The notes under the pieces were generated by a model. It was not told the origin of the DNA. It ran no database searches and saw only the letters and a list, made by a program, of their open reading frames with translations. Source: Burkholderiaceae bacterium (lineage in GTDB: Bacteria > Pseudomonadota > Gammaproteobacteria > Burkholderiales > Burkholderiaceae_E). From it: DNA of 64,000 nucleotides. Made by a program: the position numbers and the translations under genes. Below, piece after piece: positions 29,490-38,792 of this stretch. The stretch is from assembly GCA_049680625.1 (NCBI GenBank), contig JBAUID010000151.1, forward strand, positions 4,738 to 68,737, given 5' to 3'. Position 1 is the stretch's first letter; each line of letters begins with the position of its first letter.

Positions 29490-30065
29490 ATGATTGGTCG
29501 AATCTCCGGAACCCTTGTTGAAAAACGCCCGCCAGCTGTCTTAGTTGATACCGGCGGGGTTGGCTATGAAATTGATGTGCCGATGAGTACGTTTTATGAG
29601 CTGCCGCCCGAAGGTAGCCAGGTCACCCTGCTGACACATTTGCTGGTGCGTGAAGACGCGCAGCTGTTGTACGGGTTTCTCAGCGAACTCGAGCGGGCGA
29701 CTTTCAAACAACTGATTAAGATCTCAGGCGTTGGCGCGCGTATTGCTCTGGCCATATTATCGGGCCTGTCGGTGACAGAACTGCGCATGGCGGTCAATGA
29801 ACAAGAACCCGGTCGGCTCACCCGGGTACCAGGCATCGGCAAGAAAACCGCCGAGCGATTGCTGCTTGAGCTGAAAGGCAAACTTGACGACTTACCCGGC
29901 GGTGCCAGCCTGCCACAAAGTGACAACAATGCTTCTGACATCGTTCATGCCTTGCTCGCGTTGGGGTATTCCGACAAAGAGTCCCGTGCAGCAGCAGCCA
30001 GACTGCCGGCAGATGCGAATGTGGCTGACGGCATCCGCCTGGCCTTAAAACAGCTTGCCAAATGA
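29490..30065 (+). CDS. ruvA: Holliday junction DNA helicase subunit RuvA
   Basis: [39 protein letters not shown], HhH motifs [14 protein letters not shown] and [12 protein letters not shown]. Confidence 0.95.
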   Translation: MIGRISGTLVEKRPPAVLVDTGGVGYEIDVPMSTFYELPPEGSQVTLLTHLLVREDAQLLYGFLSELERATFKQLIKISGVGARIALAILSGLSVTELRMAVNEQEPGRLTRVPGIGKKTAERLLLELKGKLDDLPGGASLPQSDNNASDIVHALLALGYSDKESRAAAARLPADANVADGIRLALKQLAK

Positions 30066-31141
30066 TTGAACACGATAACCTGGAGTCTGGCCGGATAATA
30101 TCCGCCACGGCGTCAACCCCCAACGAAGAACAAGTTGAACGGGCGCTGCGGCCGCGGACGCTGGCCGACTACGTTGGCCAACCTAAAGTCTGCGAACAAC
30201 TCGATATTTTTATACAGGCAGCTCGCGCGCGACAAGACGCCCTGGATCACATCTTGTTATTTGGGCCACCGGGCCTTGGCAAAACTACCCTGGCCCATAT
30301 TGTTGCAGCCGAAATGGGGGTTAGTCTGAAACAAACCTCCGGACCGGTTCTTGAAAAACCCGGTGACCTTGCTGCCATGCTCACCAACCTTGAGCGCAAC
30401 GATGTTTTGTTCATTGATGAAATACATCGCCTGTCACCCGTCGTTGAAGAAATCCTGTATCCGGCTCTCGAAGATTTCCAAATAGACATCTTGATCGGCG
30501 AAGGCCCGGCCGCGCGCAGTATTAAGCTGGACTTACAACCGTTTACTCTCGTTGGTGCAACCACACGCGCCGGCATGCTGACCAACCCTTTACGCGACCG
30601 CTTCGGTATCGTGTCACGGCTGGAGTTCTACAGCGTGCCCGACCTGACAACAATTGTGCGGCGTTCCGGGCGATTACTAAAGGTCAATCTACATGATGAC
30701 GGTGCCGCTGAAATCGCGCGCCGTTCGCGCGGCACTCCGCGAATCGCCAATCGCTTGCTGCGCCGGGTTCGCGACTATGCCGAAGTTCGTAACAACGGGG
30801 TTATTGACCTGGACAGTACCCACGCCGCCCTAAAGATGCTGGACGTAGACCCCGCCGGCTTCGATCTAATGGATCGCAAACTCCTCGAAACCATCATCGA
30901 CCGCTTCAACGGCGGCCCGGTTGGTCTGGACAATGTGGCCGCGGCCATTGGTGAAGAACGCGATACGATTGAAGACGTCATTGAGCCTTACCTGATTCAG
31001 CAGGGCTTTTTGCAACGCACGCCACGCGGCCGCATAGCCACCAATCATGCGTATAAACATTTTGGTCTTACCGAGCCCGGCAACCGGCAAAACAACGTCG
31101 GCGATATTTTCTCTGGCAGCGCGCCAGACGAGTCGGCCTGA
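30062..31141 (+). CDS. ruvB: Holliday junction DNA helicase RuvB
   Basis: Walker [12 protein letters not shown], Walker [11 protein letters not shown], and [16 protein letters not shown]. Confidence 0.95.
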   Translation: MIEHDNLESGRIISATASTPNEEQVERALRPRTLADYVGQPKVCEQLDIFIQAARARQDALDHILLFGPPGLGKTTLAHIVAAEMGVSLKQTSGPVLEKPGDLAAMLTNLERNDVLFIDEIHRLSPVVEEILYPALEDFQIDILIGEGPAARSIKLDLQPFTLVGATTRAGMLTNPLRDRFGIVSRLEFYSVPDLTTIVRRSGRLLKVNLHDDGAAEIARRSRGTPRIANRLLRRVRDYAEVRNNGVIDLDSTHAALKMLDVDPAGFDLMDRKLLETIIDRFNGGPVGLDNVAAAIGEERDTIEDVIEPYLIQQGFLQRTPRGRIATNHAYKHFGLTEPGNRQNNVGDIFSGSAPDESA

Positions 31142-31150
31142 CCACGGGTT

Positions 31151-31873
31151 GTGACCACCAGCTTCTTTGATCGCCTGCATGCGGCGACCCCCCGAATCGG
31201 CGTGACCTACGTCATCATTGTGATCAATGTCGTTGTGTACCTGGCAACCTGGCTCAACGGCGCCGACCCGTTTACCCCATCTCCCAGCCAGATGTTAACT
31301 GCCGGCGGAAACTTCCTCCCGTACACATCAGAGCAGCCCTGGCGTCTGATGAGCTCTACAGTCGTGCACGCCGGATTGTTTCATCTGGCTGTGAATATGT
31401 GGGTATTACTCCAAATGGGCAAAATTGCAGAGCGCTTCTACGGCAGTGTGCAATTTGCCGTTATCTATCTGCTCTCCGGCTTGTTCGGGTCATTGTGCAG
31501 CCTTTTCTTTACCGCCGAAAGCGCGGTATCGGTCGGGGCGTCGGGTGCTGTCTACGGGATTGCCGGCGCAATTATCGCCGCCGTACTGACAAAGTCAGGG
31601 CAACTGCCACCCGCGGTTGTCCGACACTTGCGATTGCCATTCGTGGCATTCGTGGTCATCTCTTTTGGCCTCGGACTGATCACCGACTGGATCGATAATT
31701 CGTCCCATCTCGGTGGTCTGGTGGCAGGATTTATGCTGGCGGCGCTGATGGTGGCCCGATTTGACTGGGATAACTTTCGCACCAGGGGGATGCAGCGGGC
31801 AATGCTCGCACTGTTCTGCGCAGCAACTGGCGGCGCAACACTATGGAAGCTAGTTCCTGTTCCGTCTCCCTAG
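31151..31873 (+). CDS. Rhomboid-family intramembrane serine protease
   Basis: GTG start. Multi-TM protein with catalytic GASGAVYG and the downstream SHLGGLVAGF histidine motif. Confidence 0.75.
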   Translation: MTTSFFDRLHAATPRIGVTYVIIVINVVVYLATWLNGADPFTPSPSQMLTAGGNFLPYTSEQPWRLMSSTVVHAGLFHLAVNMWVLLQMGKIAERFYGSVQFAVIYLLSGLFGSLCSLFFTAESAVSVGASGAVYGIAGAIIAAVLTKSGQLPPAVVRHLRLPFVAFVVISFGLGLITDWIDNSSHLGGLVAGFMLAALMVARFDWDNFRTRGMQRAMLALFCAATGGATLWKLVPVPSP

Positions 31874-32209
31874 CTGGCTGGGGATGTAAAGAGTTTGTAA
31901 ATGGTCACTCGAATTGCGGGCCGTGCAGGGAAAGCTATCGTTTAATCAGCCCGATGCTCAAAGAAGCAGCAGAAAAAGGCAGAAAAATGGTCGATCCACC
32001 GCCACCAAAGTCATTCACTCAGGCATTCACACGGAAATTCACATGGACAACACCCAAAACAACCGGCCAATCCGTGCAATCGCCGGCCAATTGCCCGCGA
32101 TCAGCCGAGTTTGCCCCGTCATTGTAGAATCCCCGGATAATTCTCGGCGGGCACCTTCGCGCCGACATCGGCCTGCGACTATCACGCAGCGGAGTCGGCT
32201 AAAAAACCC

Positions 32210-32629
32210 ATGACGAGCAAAAAACAATCACATTTCGACTGGCGCGTACGCGTCTACTACGAGGACACCGATGCTGGCGGAATTGTCTATTACGCCAATT
32301 ACCTGCGCTTTTTCGAGCGAGCGCGGACCGAGTGGTTACGCGCCGTGGGCGTGTCCCACCGGGATTTGGCTCGCGAAGAAGGCCTGCAATTTGTGGTCCG
32401 TTCGCTGGTTGTCGACTACCGGCTGCCGGCCCGGCTGGATGACGATTTGATGCTTAGCTTAACCAATCTGAAAACCCGCGGGGCTTCTCTGCTAATTGAG
32501 CAAAACGCTTGTCGCGCGGGCTCAGAGGATATTTTAGTCAGTGCGCAGGTGCGAATTGCATCTGTACGCTGTGCGGATGGCAGCCCAGTCGGGATGCCCA
32601 AATGGCTTGTGAAAAGAGTAACCGAATGA
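32210..32629 (+). CDS. ybgC: Tol-Pal-associated acyl-CoA thioesterase YbgC (4HBT fold)
   Basis: RVYYEDTDAGGIVYYANYLRFFERARTEWLR, first gene of the tol cluster. Confidence 0.85.
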   Translation: MTSKKQSHFDWRVRVYYEDTDAGGIVYYANYLRFFERARTEWLRAVGVSHRDLAREEGLQFVVRSLVVDYRLPARLDDDLMLSLTNLKTRGASLLIEQNACRAGSEDILVSAQVRIASVRCADGSPVGMPKWLVKRVTE

Positions 32630-33300
32630 ATACTGATCTTTCAATCCTGTCACTAATTGCCGAAGCCAGCCTGCTGGTCAAAATTGTCATGGGCTTACTA
32701 GTGCTTATTTCACTGGCATCCTGGGCTATTATTTTTCGCAAAATATTCAGCCTGAGTGCGGCGCGTCGATCGACCGAGAAGTTCGAAACCGATTTCTGGA
32801 AAGACCGCGACCTTGGGTCTCTTTATCAACAAGTTCGCGAAGGCAGGCGCGGCAACGGGGCGCTGGCGCGAATCTTCGAAGCCGGCATGGGCGAATACCT
32901 GAAAAGCCGGCAACAGAAAGAAAAGCTTGAACACTCCATTATGGTCGATGGCACCCGGCGCGCAATGAAAGCCACGCTGAACCGCGAGCTTGACAACATG
33001 GAATCGAATCTCGGTTTTCTCGCGACGGTTGGTTCGGTCAGCCCGTACATCGGTTTGTTTGGTACTGTCTGGGGCATCATGAACGCGTTTCGTGGACTCG
33101 CCAACGTCGAGCAGGCAACGCTTGCGTCGGTCGCGCCGGGCATTGCCGAGGCGTTAGTGGCAACGGCAATTGGCCTGTTTGCCGCGATTCCAGCGGTAAT
33201 TGCCTATAACCGCTTTGCCAGCGGCATTGACCGCCTGGCGACGCGTTTTGATGGCTTTATGGAAGAGTTCTCAAATATCCTGCAGCGCCAGGCGAGATAA
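32626..33300 (+). CDS. tolQ: Tol-Pal system protein TolQ (MotA/ExbB family)
   Basis: The ATG at 32626 overlaps the ybgC stop. ...SPYIGLFGTVWGIMNAF...APGIAEALVATAIGLFAAIPAVIAYN. Confidence 0.9.
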   Translation: MNTDLSILSLIAEASLLVKIVMGLLVLISLASWAIIFRKIFSLSAARRSTEKFETDFWKDRDLGSLYQQVREGRRGNGALARIFEAGMGEYLKSRQQKEKLEHSIMVDGTRRAMKATLNRELDNMESNLGFLATVGSVSPYIGLFGTVWGIMNAFRGLANVEQATLASVAPGIAEALVATAIGLFAAIPAVIAYNRFASGIDRLATRFDGFMEEFSNILQRQAR

Positions 33301-33302
33301 AC

Positions 33303-33743
33303 ATGGCGACCGTCACATCACGATCTGGCCGCAATCGGCGGGTAATGAACGAGATAAACGTTGTACCGTATATCGACGTCATGCTCGTCTTGCTGGTTAT
33401 TTTTATGGTGACCGCCCCGCTGCTGTCACCTGGGGTTGTTGATCTGCCAACAGTTGGCAGTAGCAGGGTAAAAAAAGACACCTATGTTGAGGTTCAGATT
33501 CCGAACGCAGGCGACATGGTGATTCAACTTAAAAATGCCGACTCCGATTCGGGCGAAATCCCGGTTCAACTTGATAACCTGGTTGAGAGCGTGCGCACCC
33601 TGACCGAAAACCAGGGCGCAGATACGCCGGTTGTCATTAGTGCGGACAAGACCGTCTTATACGAACAAGTAATGGCTGTAATGGACCGCCTGAAGTCGTC
33701 GGGTACACGCAAGATTGGCTTATTAGTCAAGAAACCCAACTGA
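33303..33743 (+). CDS. tolR: Tol-Pal system protein TolR (ExbD family)
   Basis: EINVVPYIDVMLVLLVIFMVTAPL anchor with the conserved Asp, 146 aa. Confidence 0.9.
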   Translation: MATVTSRSGRNRRVMNEINVVPYIDVMLVLLVIFMVTAPLLSPGVVDLPTVGSSRVKKDTYVEVQIPNAGDMVIQLKNADSDSGEIPVQLDNLVESVRTLTENQGADTPVVISADKTVLYEQVMAVMDRLKSSGTRKIGLLVKKPN

Positions 33744-33762
33744 GTCGCCGGTTAACTTCCTG

Positions 33763-35580
33763 ATGGATTTTGAGCGCCTCAAAAACACCCTTATCGACCG
33801 GTTCGTTGCATCCGATCGAACCTGGGTGCGCTCAATCCTGTTGTCTATGCTTGTTCATACGGCACTGGCCGCCGTATTGTTCTTTGGCATTCAATGGAAA
33901 ATTGAAGAACCACCGCCGGTTATCGCCGAGCTCTGGTCCCCCGAAGAAACCGAACCTATTGTCCAAACACCCGAGCCGGTCGAAGTAACCCCGGTACCAG
34001 ACCCAACCCAGCTGGCCCAAAACGAATTGCAGAATGAAGCGATTCAGCGACGTGACGTTGAAGAAAACCTGCGCGCGTCAGCATTGGCCGAACGTCAGCG
34101 CGAACTCGAGACAGAACGGCTGCGCCGTGAAGCTGAGGAAAAAGCCCGGATCGAAGAAGAAATCCGGATCAAGGAAGAAAAACGGCTCCAAGAAGAGGCA
34201 GAACAAGAGCGCCTTCGCCAGGCGCGGCTGGCCAAGGAGCAAGCCGAACAAAAAGAGCGCGAAGAAGCAGAACTGAAGGCGAAACTTGAGCAGGCCGAGC
34301 GCCAGCAGCTGGAGGACGAGAAAAAGCGGCTGGAAGAACAAGCCCTTCGCCTTGAGCAGGAGCGCCAGACCGCGCTAGAAGAGCAACAACGACTTGAACA
34401 AGAGCGCTTGAAACGCGAGGAACAAGAGAAGCAGCGACTGGAACTAGAACGTCAGCAATTGATAGAGGAGCGTTTAAATCGCGAAGCGGAACTGCAAAAA
34501 CTTGAGCGGGAACGCCTTGAGCGCGAAGCACTGGAGAAACAACGTCTTGAGCAAGAGCGACAGCAGCTGCAAGCGGAGCGCTTAAAACGCGAGGAGGAGC
34601 TGCAAAAGCTCGAACAGGAACGCATCGAGCGGGAAAAGGCGGAAACGAAACGCCTTGAAGAAGAACGCCAGCGGCTCGAAGAAGAAAAGCTTAAGCGTGA
34701 GGCTGAAGTCGAACGGCTTGAACAAGAGCGCTTAAAGCGCGAGGAAGAGCAACGCTTGTTCGAAGCCGAGAAGCAACGGCTGGAGGAAGAACGGAAAAAA
34801 CGGGAAGAACAAGAGAAACTCAAAGCGGATGAAGCGGCCCGCCTGCTTGCGCTCGAACGCGCTCGTCTGCAAGCCGAACGCGAACAGCTTGAGAAAGAAA
34901 AGCTGCTGGCTGAGCAAGCCAGGCAGCAGCAGCTGGAACAAGAACAACAGCGCGCCGCAGAAAAAAAGCGCCTTGAAGAACAGCAACAGGCAGAAGAACA
35001 AAAGCGCGTAAAACGTGAAGAGCAGGAAAAAGCAGCCGCCCTTGCCCGTCAGAAAAAAGCAGAAGAAGAAAAACGCGCCGCTGCGGAAAAGAAAAGGCGC
35101 GCCGCTGAGGATGCAAAAAAAAGCGCGGAGCAAGCCCGTCGCAAAAAGCGCGAAGAGGCAAAGAAACGCGAGGAAGACAAAGCCCGTCAGGAATACCTCG
35201 CGTCGTTACAAGGCTCAGTCGGCGGCAGTAGCAGCGGCGCCGACGGCGGCCGGGCATCCACCGGCGGGTCGAGCGGATCCCGTGGGACTGTTGGTGGCGG
35301 TGGCCGTGGCAACGCTGGATATCAGGCCAAGTTAATTGCCCTGATTCGTGGCAAGGTTAGCTTTGCGCGTCGCGATGTTGGTAACCCGATTGCTGAATTC
35401 CGCGTGAAATTGCTGCCCAACGGGCGAATCCGCTCGGTTCAGCTGACCCGGCCCAGCGGTGTGGCGTCCTGGGATGATGCGGCTGAACGTGCCATCTGGA
35501 AAAACGACCCCTTGCCTTGTGATGATGATGGTCGCTGCCCGGATGACTTGATTATCACCCTGTCGCCGCAAAGCCGATGA
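33763..35580 (+). CDS. tolA: Tol-Pal system protein TolA, with a greatly extended charged coiled-coil domain II (605 aa)
   Basis: N-terminal TM (SILLSMLVHTALAAVLFFGI), about 390 aa of E/K/R/Q/L heptad-like repeats, a Gly/Ser linker, and C-terminal TolA domain III (GYQAKLIALIRGKV...WDDAAERAIWKNDPLP). Confidence 0.9.
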   Translation: MDFERLKNTLIDRFVASDRTWVRSILLSMLVHTALAAVLFFGIQWKIEEPPPVIAELWSPEETEPIVQTPEPVEVTPVPDPTQLAQNELQNEAIQRRDVEENLRASALAERQRELETERLRREAEEKARIEEEIRIKEEKRLQEEAEQERLRQARLAKEQAEQKEREEAELKAKLEQAERQQLEDEKKRLEEQALRLEQERQTALEEQQRLEQERLKREEQEKQRLELERQQLIEERLNREAELQKLERERLEREALEKQRLEQERQQLQAERLKREEELQKLEQERIEREKAETKRLEEERQRLEEEKLKREAEVERLEQERLKREEEQRLFEAEKQRLEEERKKREEQEKLKADEAARLLALERARLQAEREQLEKEKLLAEQARQQQLEQEQQRAAEKKRLEEQQQAEEQKRVKREEQEKAAALARQKKAEEEKRAAAEKKRRAAEDAKKSAEQARRKKREEAKKREEDKARQEYLASLQGSVGGSSSGADGGRASTGGSSGSRGTVGGGGRGNAGYQAKLIALIRGKVSFARRDVGNPIAEFRVKLLPNGRIRSVQLTRPSGVASWDDAAERAIWKNDPLPCDDDGRCPDDLIITLSPQSR

Positions 35581-35680
35581 CAAGTCAGTCTTCGCGGCGT
35601 CAGCCACGGGACCAGAATCAGCTTGTTACATGATGTGCACCGGGTATGCTCCTGCTCAGCGGCCCAAATGGCCCCTCCGA

Positions 35681-35686
35681 TATAAT
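35681..35686 (+). promoter_or_regulatory. Possible internal -10 element (perfect TATAAT) in the 182-bp tolA-tolB spacer
   Basis: Perfect TATAAT hexamer 77 nt upstream of the tolB ATG, but no convincing -35 element. E. coli is known to have an internal tolB-pal promoter. Confidence 0.25.
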
Positions 35687-35762
35687 CTGTTGTTCTGTGA
35701 TGGACTGATCGCAGCAGCGTGGCCACCCGGTTCAGCGGGTAGTTAAACTGCGGCCCAAAAAA

Positions 35763-37058
35763 ATGCCTAAATTCTTAGCGTCAAAAGCCGGTTCCCTGCT
35801 GATTGCCCTCGTAAGCCTGCTATGCCTTCTGCCCGGCGCAGTATCTGCGCAGATGCGTCTTGATGTCACCGGCGTGGGGGCGACGCAATACCCGATTGCT
35901 ATTGGCAATTTTGAAATCAGTGGTGAACCCGCGGAAAACGTGGTTGAAATCTTGCGGGCCGACCTGCGCAGCAGCGGCTTGTTCAAAATAATTGACCCAG
36001 GCTTTACCTTATCGGAATACGGCGCAATAGACTTTGCCACCTTGCGCAGCAAAGGCGCGGATGCCGTCGTTGGCGGATCGATTAACCGACTGGCCAATGG
36101 CCAGTACGATGTCCGCTTTCAGCTCACTGACGCCGTCCGCCAGGAAGTGCTGGGCACGCCAGTGTCGATGATCGCCGCCCCCAGCGATCTGCGTTACGCT
36201 GCCCACCAGATCGCTGACTACGTATACGAAAAGCTCACCGGGCAAAAAGGTGTGTTCACCACCCGAATAGCGTTTATTACCCGCAAGCGTGATGCCTATC
36301 GACTGAACATCTCCGACTGGGATGGCAAAAACATCCGTATCCCGCTGACCTCAAGCGAACCGATTATCTCACCGGCCTGGTCGCCGGATGGCAACCGGAT
36401 CGCCTACGTTTCTTTTGAAACCCGCAAGCCAGTGGTTTACGTGCACACCATCAGCACTGGCAAGCGGATTGCGGTGGCCAACTTTCGAGGCAGCAACAGT
36501 GCGCCGGCATGGTCACCAGACAGCAGTACGCTGGCTGTAGCCCTGACCCGTGACGGCAGCTCCCAGATCTATCTGGTTAGTGCCAGTGGGCAGGCTGAAC
36601 CTAAGCGACTGGTATCGTCCAGCGGAATCGATACCGAGCCGCAATTTGCACCCAATGGCACCGACTTATATTTCAGTTCTGACCGCGGCGGTTCGCCGCA
36701 GATTTACCGTATCAACGTAAACGGCGGTAGCGCCAGCCGCATTACCTTCGGATCCGGCTATAACGTCAGCCCTCGCATCAGCCCGGACGGTACAACACTG
36801 GCTTACGTCACACGCCGCAAGGGGCAACACTTTATTGCCCTGAAAAATCTTGAAAGTGGTGCCGAATCCCTGCTGTCTGACGGCGGCAATGAAGAATCGC
36901 CCAGTTTTTCGCCAAACGGACGCTGGCTGATGTATGCGACCAAATCAGGCGGACGGGACACCTTAATTGCCTCATCTGTTGACGGCCGGGTCCGACAACG
37001 CATGACCACTGATAGTGGTGATATCCGTGAACCGACCTGGGGCCCTTACGGAGGCTAA
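35763..37058 (+). CDS. tolB: Tol-Pal system beta-propeller protein TolB
   Basis: Signal peptide, then repeated PAWSPDG-type blades (SPAWSPDGNRIAYV, APAWSPDSSTLAV, PQFAPNGTDLYF, PRISPDGTTLAYV, PSFSPNGRWLMY). Confidence 0.95.
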   Translation: MPKFLASKAGSLLIALVSLLCLLPGAVSAQMRLDVTGVGATQYPIAIGNFEISGEPAENVVEILRADLRSSGLFKIIDPGFTLSEYGAIDFATLRSKGADAVVGGSINRLANGQYDVRFQLTDAVRQEVLGTPVSMIAAPSDLRYAAHQIADYVYEKLTGQKGVFTTRIAFITRKRDAYRLNISDWDGKNIRIPLTSSEPIISPAWSPDGNRIAYVSFETRKPVVYVHTISTGKRIAVANFRGSNSAPAWSPDSSTLAVALTRDGSSQIYLVSASGQAEPKRLVSSSGIDTEPQFAPNGTDLYFSSDRGGSPQIYRINVNGGSASRITFGSGYNVSPRISPDGTTLAYVTRRKGQHFIALKNLESGAESLLSDGGNEESPSFSPNGRWLMYATKSGGRDTLIASSVDGRVRQRMTTDSGDIREPTWGPYGG

Positions 37059-37094
37059 CCGGGTTTATCGAATCAACGAAACAAGGAAAAAAAC

Positions 37095-37664
37095 ATGAAC
37101 CTGCGTCTTTTGATTTGCAGCGGACTTACCGCCACCTTGATTGGCTGCGGCTCATCAGTGAAACTCGACGACAACCCGGCACGAATCGAAAGCCGGGGTG
37201 GCGCCCAGGCAGGAACAGCCGCGGGTGGTGCGCAGAGTGCCGGCATTGGTGGCGCCGGCTCAACCACCAACCGGGACGTCGCCCAGATACAGGCCGCCAC
37301 CCCAAGCGATCCGCTGGAGGAGCCCAACAGCCTGCTGTCTCAGCGGAGCATTTTCTTCGACTACGACAGTTTCACCATACGCGAAGAATTCCAGGGCCTG
37401 GTTGAAGCCCATGCTCGTTATCTGACCGCCAACCCGGAGCGGCAGGTTGTGCTCCAGGGCAATACCGATGAACGCGGCGCGCGCGAATATAATCTTGCCC
37501 TGGGCCAGAAGCGGGCTGAGGCAGTCCGGCGAGCCATGGCGGTACTCGGGGTCAGTGATAACCAGGTCGAGGCAGTCAGCTTCGGTGAGGAGCGGCCAAG
37601 GAATTTTGGTTCATCAGAGGCTGATATGGCCGAAAACCGTCGCGTAGACATCGTATACAAGTAG
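37095..37664 (+). CDS. pal: Peptidoglycan-associated lipoprotein Pal
   Basis: Lipobox LIGC, Gly/Ala-rich linker, OmpA-like domain FDYDSF...GNTDERGAREYNLALGQKRAEAV. Confidence 0.95.
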   Translation: MNLRLLICSGLTATLIGCGSSVKLDDNPARIESRGGAQAGTAAGGAQSAGIGGAGSTTNRDVAQIQAATPSDPLEEPNSLLSQRSIFFDYDSFTIREEFQGLVEAHARYLTANPERQVVLQGNTDERGAREYNLALGQKRAEAVRRAMAVLGVSDNQVEAVSFGEERPRNFGSSEADMAENRRVDIVYK

Positions 37665-37707
37665 AGAAGTCATCTCGGCGGGGTTCTGGATCGTTATCAT
37701 ACGAATC

Positions 37708-38484
37708 ATGCAAAAAACCCTGAATCTCCCAATTATGAAGACCTTAATTGCCTGTGTGCTGGCGGTGCAACTGTCTTCGGCATGGGCATTGTTTGAAGAT
37801 AGCGACGCCCGCAAGGCCATCCTCGATTTACGTGCCAAGCTCGAGCGCCTGGATATCGACTTTACCAACCGCCTGCGCTCCCTGGAGGCCAAGGTTGACC
37901 AGATCCAGCAACGGGCCGGCGGACAACTCGCGCTGCAGCAAGATCTTGAACGCCTCAGACAGGAAGTTGCTGCTCTGCGCGGGCAGCTCGAAGAACAAAG
38001 CAACGAGCTTTCGAAAACCCAGCAAAAACAACGTACCCAGTTTGAGCGAGTCGACTCCCGCATTCGCCTGGTTGAGCCCGTGCAGGTTCAAATCGATGGA
38101 CAGACCGTTTCTGTTGAACGGGCTGAGCAACGCATGTACGAGGCAGCCCTCAACGAATTTCGCCAGGGGAATTTTGATGCGGCCGAGCGGGCTCTGGATG
38201 CTTTTCTGATCCAGTATCCGGAAAGCCCCTACGCGCCCGAAGCAACCTTCTGGCTTGGCAGCAGCCAATATGCATTGAAAAAATACAAACTGGCTGTCCA
38301 GACTCAGTCCCGGGTTGTCGATTCCTTTCCGAGCAGCGGCCGGGCCCCTGATGCCTTGCTGAATAAGGGTTTTGCCGAACTAGAGCTGAATCGACGCACA
38401 GCCGCCAAGCGTACGTTCAAAGAGGTCCAGGAGCGTTATCCGGACTCATCCGCGGCGCGAACCGCGGAAGCCCGCGCAGATTGA
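37708..38484 (+). CDS. cpoB: Cell division coordinator CpoB (YbgF)
   Basis: Signal peptide (an alternative start is ATG 37735), coiled-coil N-domain, C-terminal TPR (YEAALNEFRQGNFDAAERALDAFLIQYPESPYAPEATFWLG). Last gene of the tol-pal cluster. Confidence 0.85.
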   Translation: MQKTLNLPIMKTLIACVLAVQLSSAWALFEDSDARKAILDLRAKLERLDIDFTNRLRSLEAKVDQIQQRAGGQLALQQDLERLRQEVAALRGQLEEQSNELSKTQQKQRTQFERVDSRIRLVEPVQVQIDGQTVSVERAEQRMYEAALNEFRQGNFDAAERALDAFLIQYPESPYAPEATFWLGSSQYALKKYKLAVQTQSRVVDSFPSSGRAPDALLNKGFAELELNRRTAAKRTFKEVQERYPDSSAARTAEARAD

Positions 38485-38518
38485 TCTACCGCCAAAATCG
38501 AGTATTCTGAACAGGGGT

Positions 38519-38547
38519 TTGACCATCTGGTCAGGCATCGCTAGAAT
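38519..38547 (+). promoter_or_regulatory. Sigma70-type promoter for tRNA-Lys (TTGACC, 17-bp spacer, TAGAAT)
   Basis: TTGACC at 38519-38524, exact 17-bp spacer, TAGAAT at 38542-38547, 22 nt upstream of the tRNA 5' end. Same layout as the promoter at 1860. Confidence 0.55.
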
Positions 38548-38568
38548 CTCGCTTCCCTTGAGGACAGT

Positions 38569-38644
38569 GGGTCGTTAGCTCAGCTGGTAGAGCACCGGAC
38601 TTTTAATCCGATGGTCGCAGGTTCGAACCCTGCACGGCCTACCA
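38569..38644 (+). tRNA. tRNA-Lys (anticodon UUU)
   Basis: Hand-folded: acceptor GGGTCGT/ACGGCCT (two G-U pairs), D arm GCTC..GAGC, anticodon stem CCGGA/TCCGA (one A-A mismatch) with loop CTTTTAA, T arm GCAGGTTCGAACCCTGC, encoded CCA. Confidence 0.9.
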
Positions 38645-38792
38645 TTGTTTCCTCTCTTGTGCCGCACTCAATCGTGTATGGCGCGGTCTGATGGGCCCGG
38701 TCGCGAATCTCATTTGCTTAAACTGCAATCTGTGTCCATTTGCTGACTGATGTGACCCTAAAGATGTGACCCCAGGGATGGTCTAATGCCCT

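Noticed and set aside
31843-32213. 94-aa and 99-aa plus-strand ORFs in the rhomboid-ybgC spacer
   Set aside because: There is no ribosome-binding site or recognisable motif. The first overlaps the rhomboid 3' end, and the composition is not protein-like. The region is treated as non-coding (see the ATTCAC repeat finding).
34078-35257. Several long ORFs on both strands inside tolA (for example 34169-34531, 34452-34823, 34732-35133 and 34820-35257 on the minus strand, and 35015-35335 on the plus strand)
   Set aside because: They are artefacts of the low-complexity GAA/AAG/CGC-rich coiled-coil coding sequence. Their translations are homopolymer-like (S/F/L/R runs). The TolA frame alone gives a coherent TM, coiled-coil and domain III protein.
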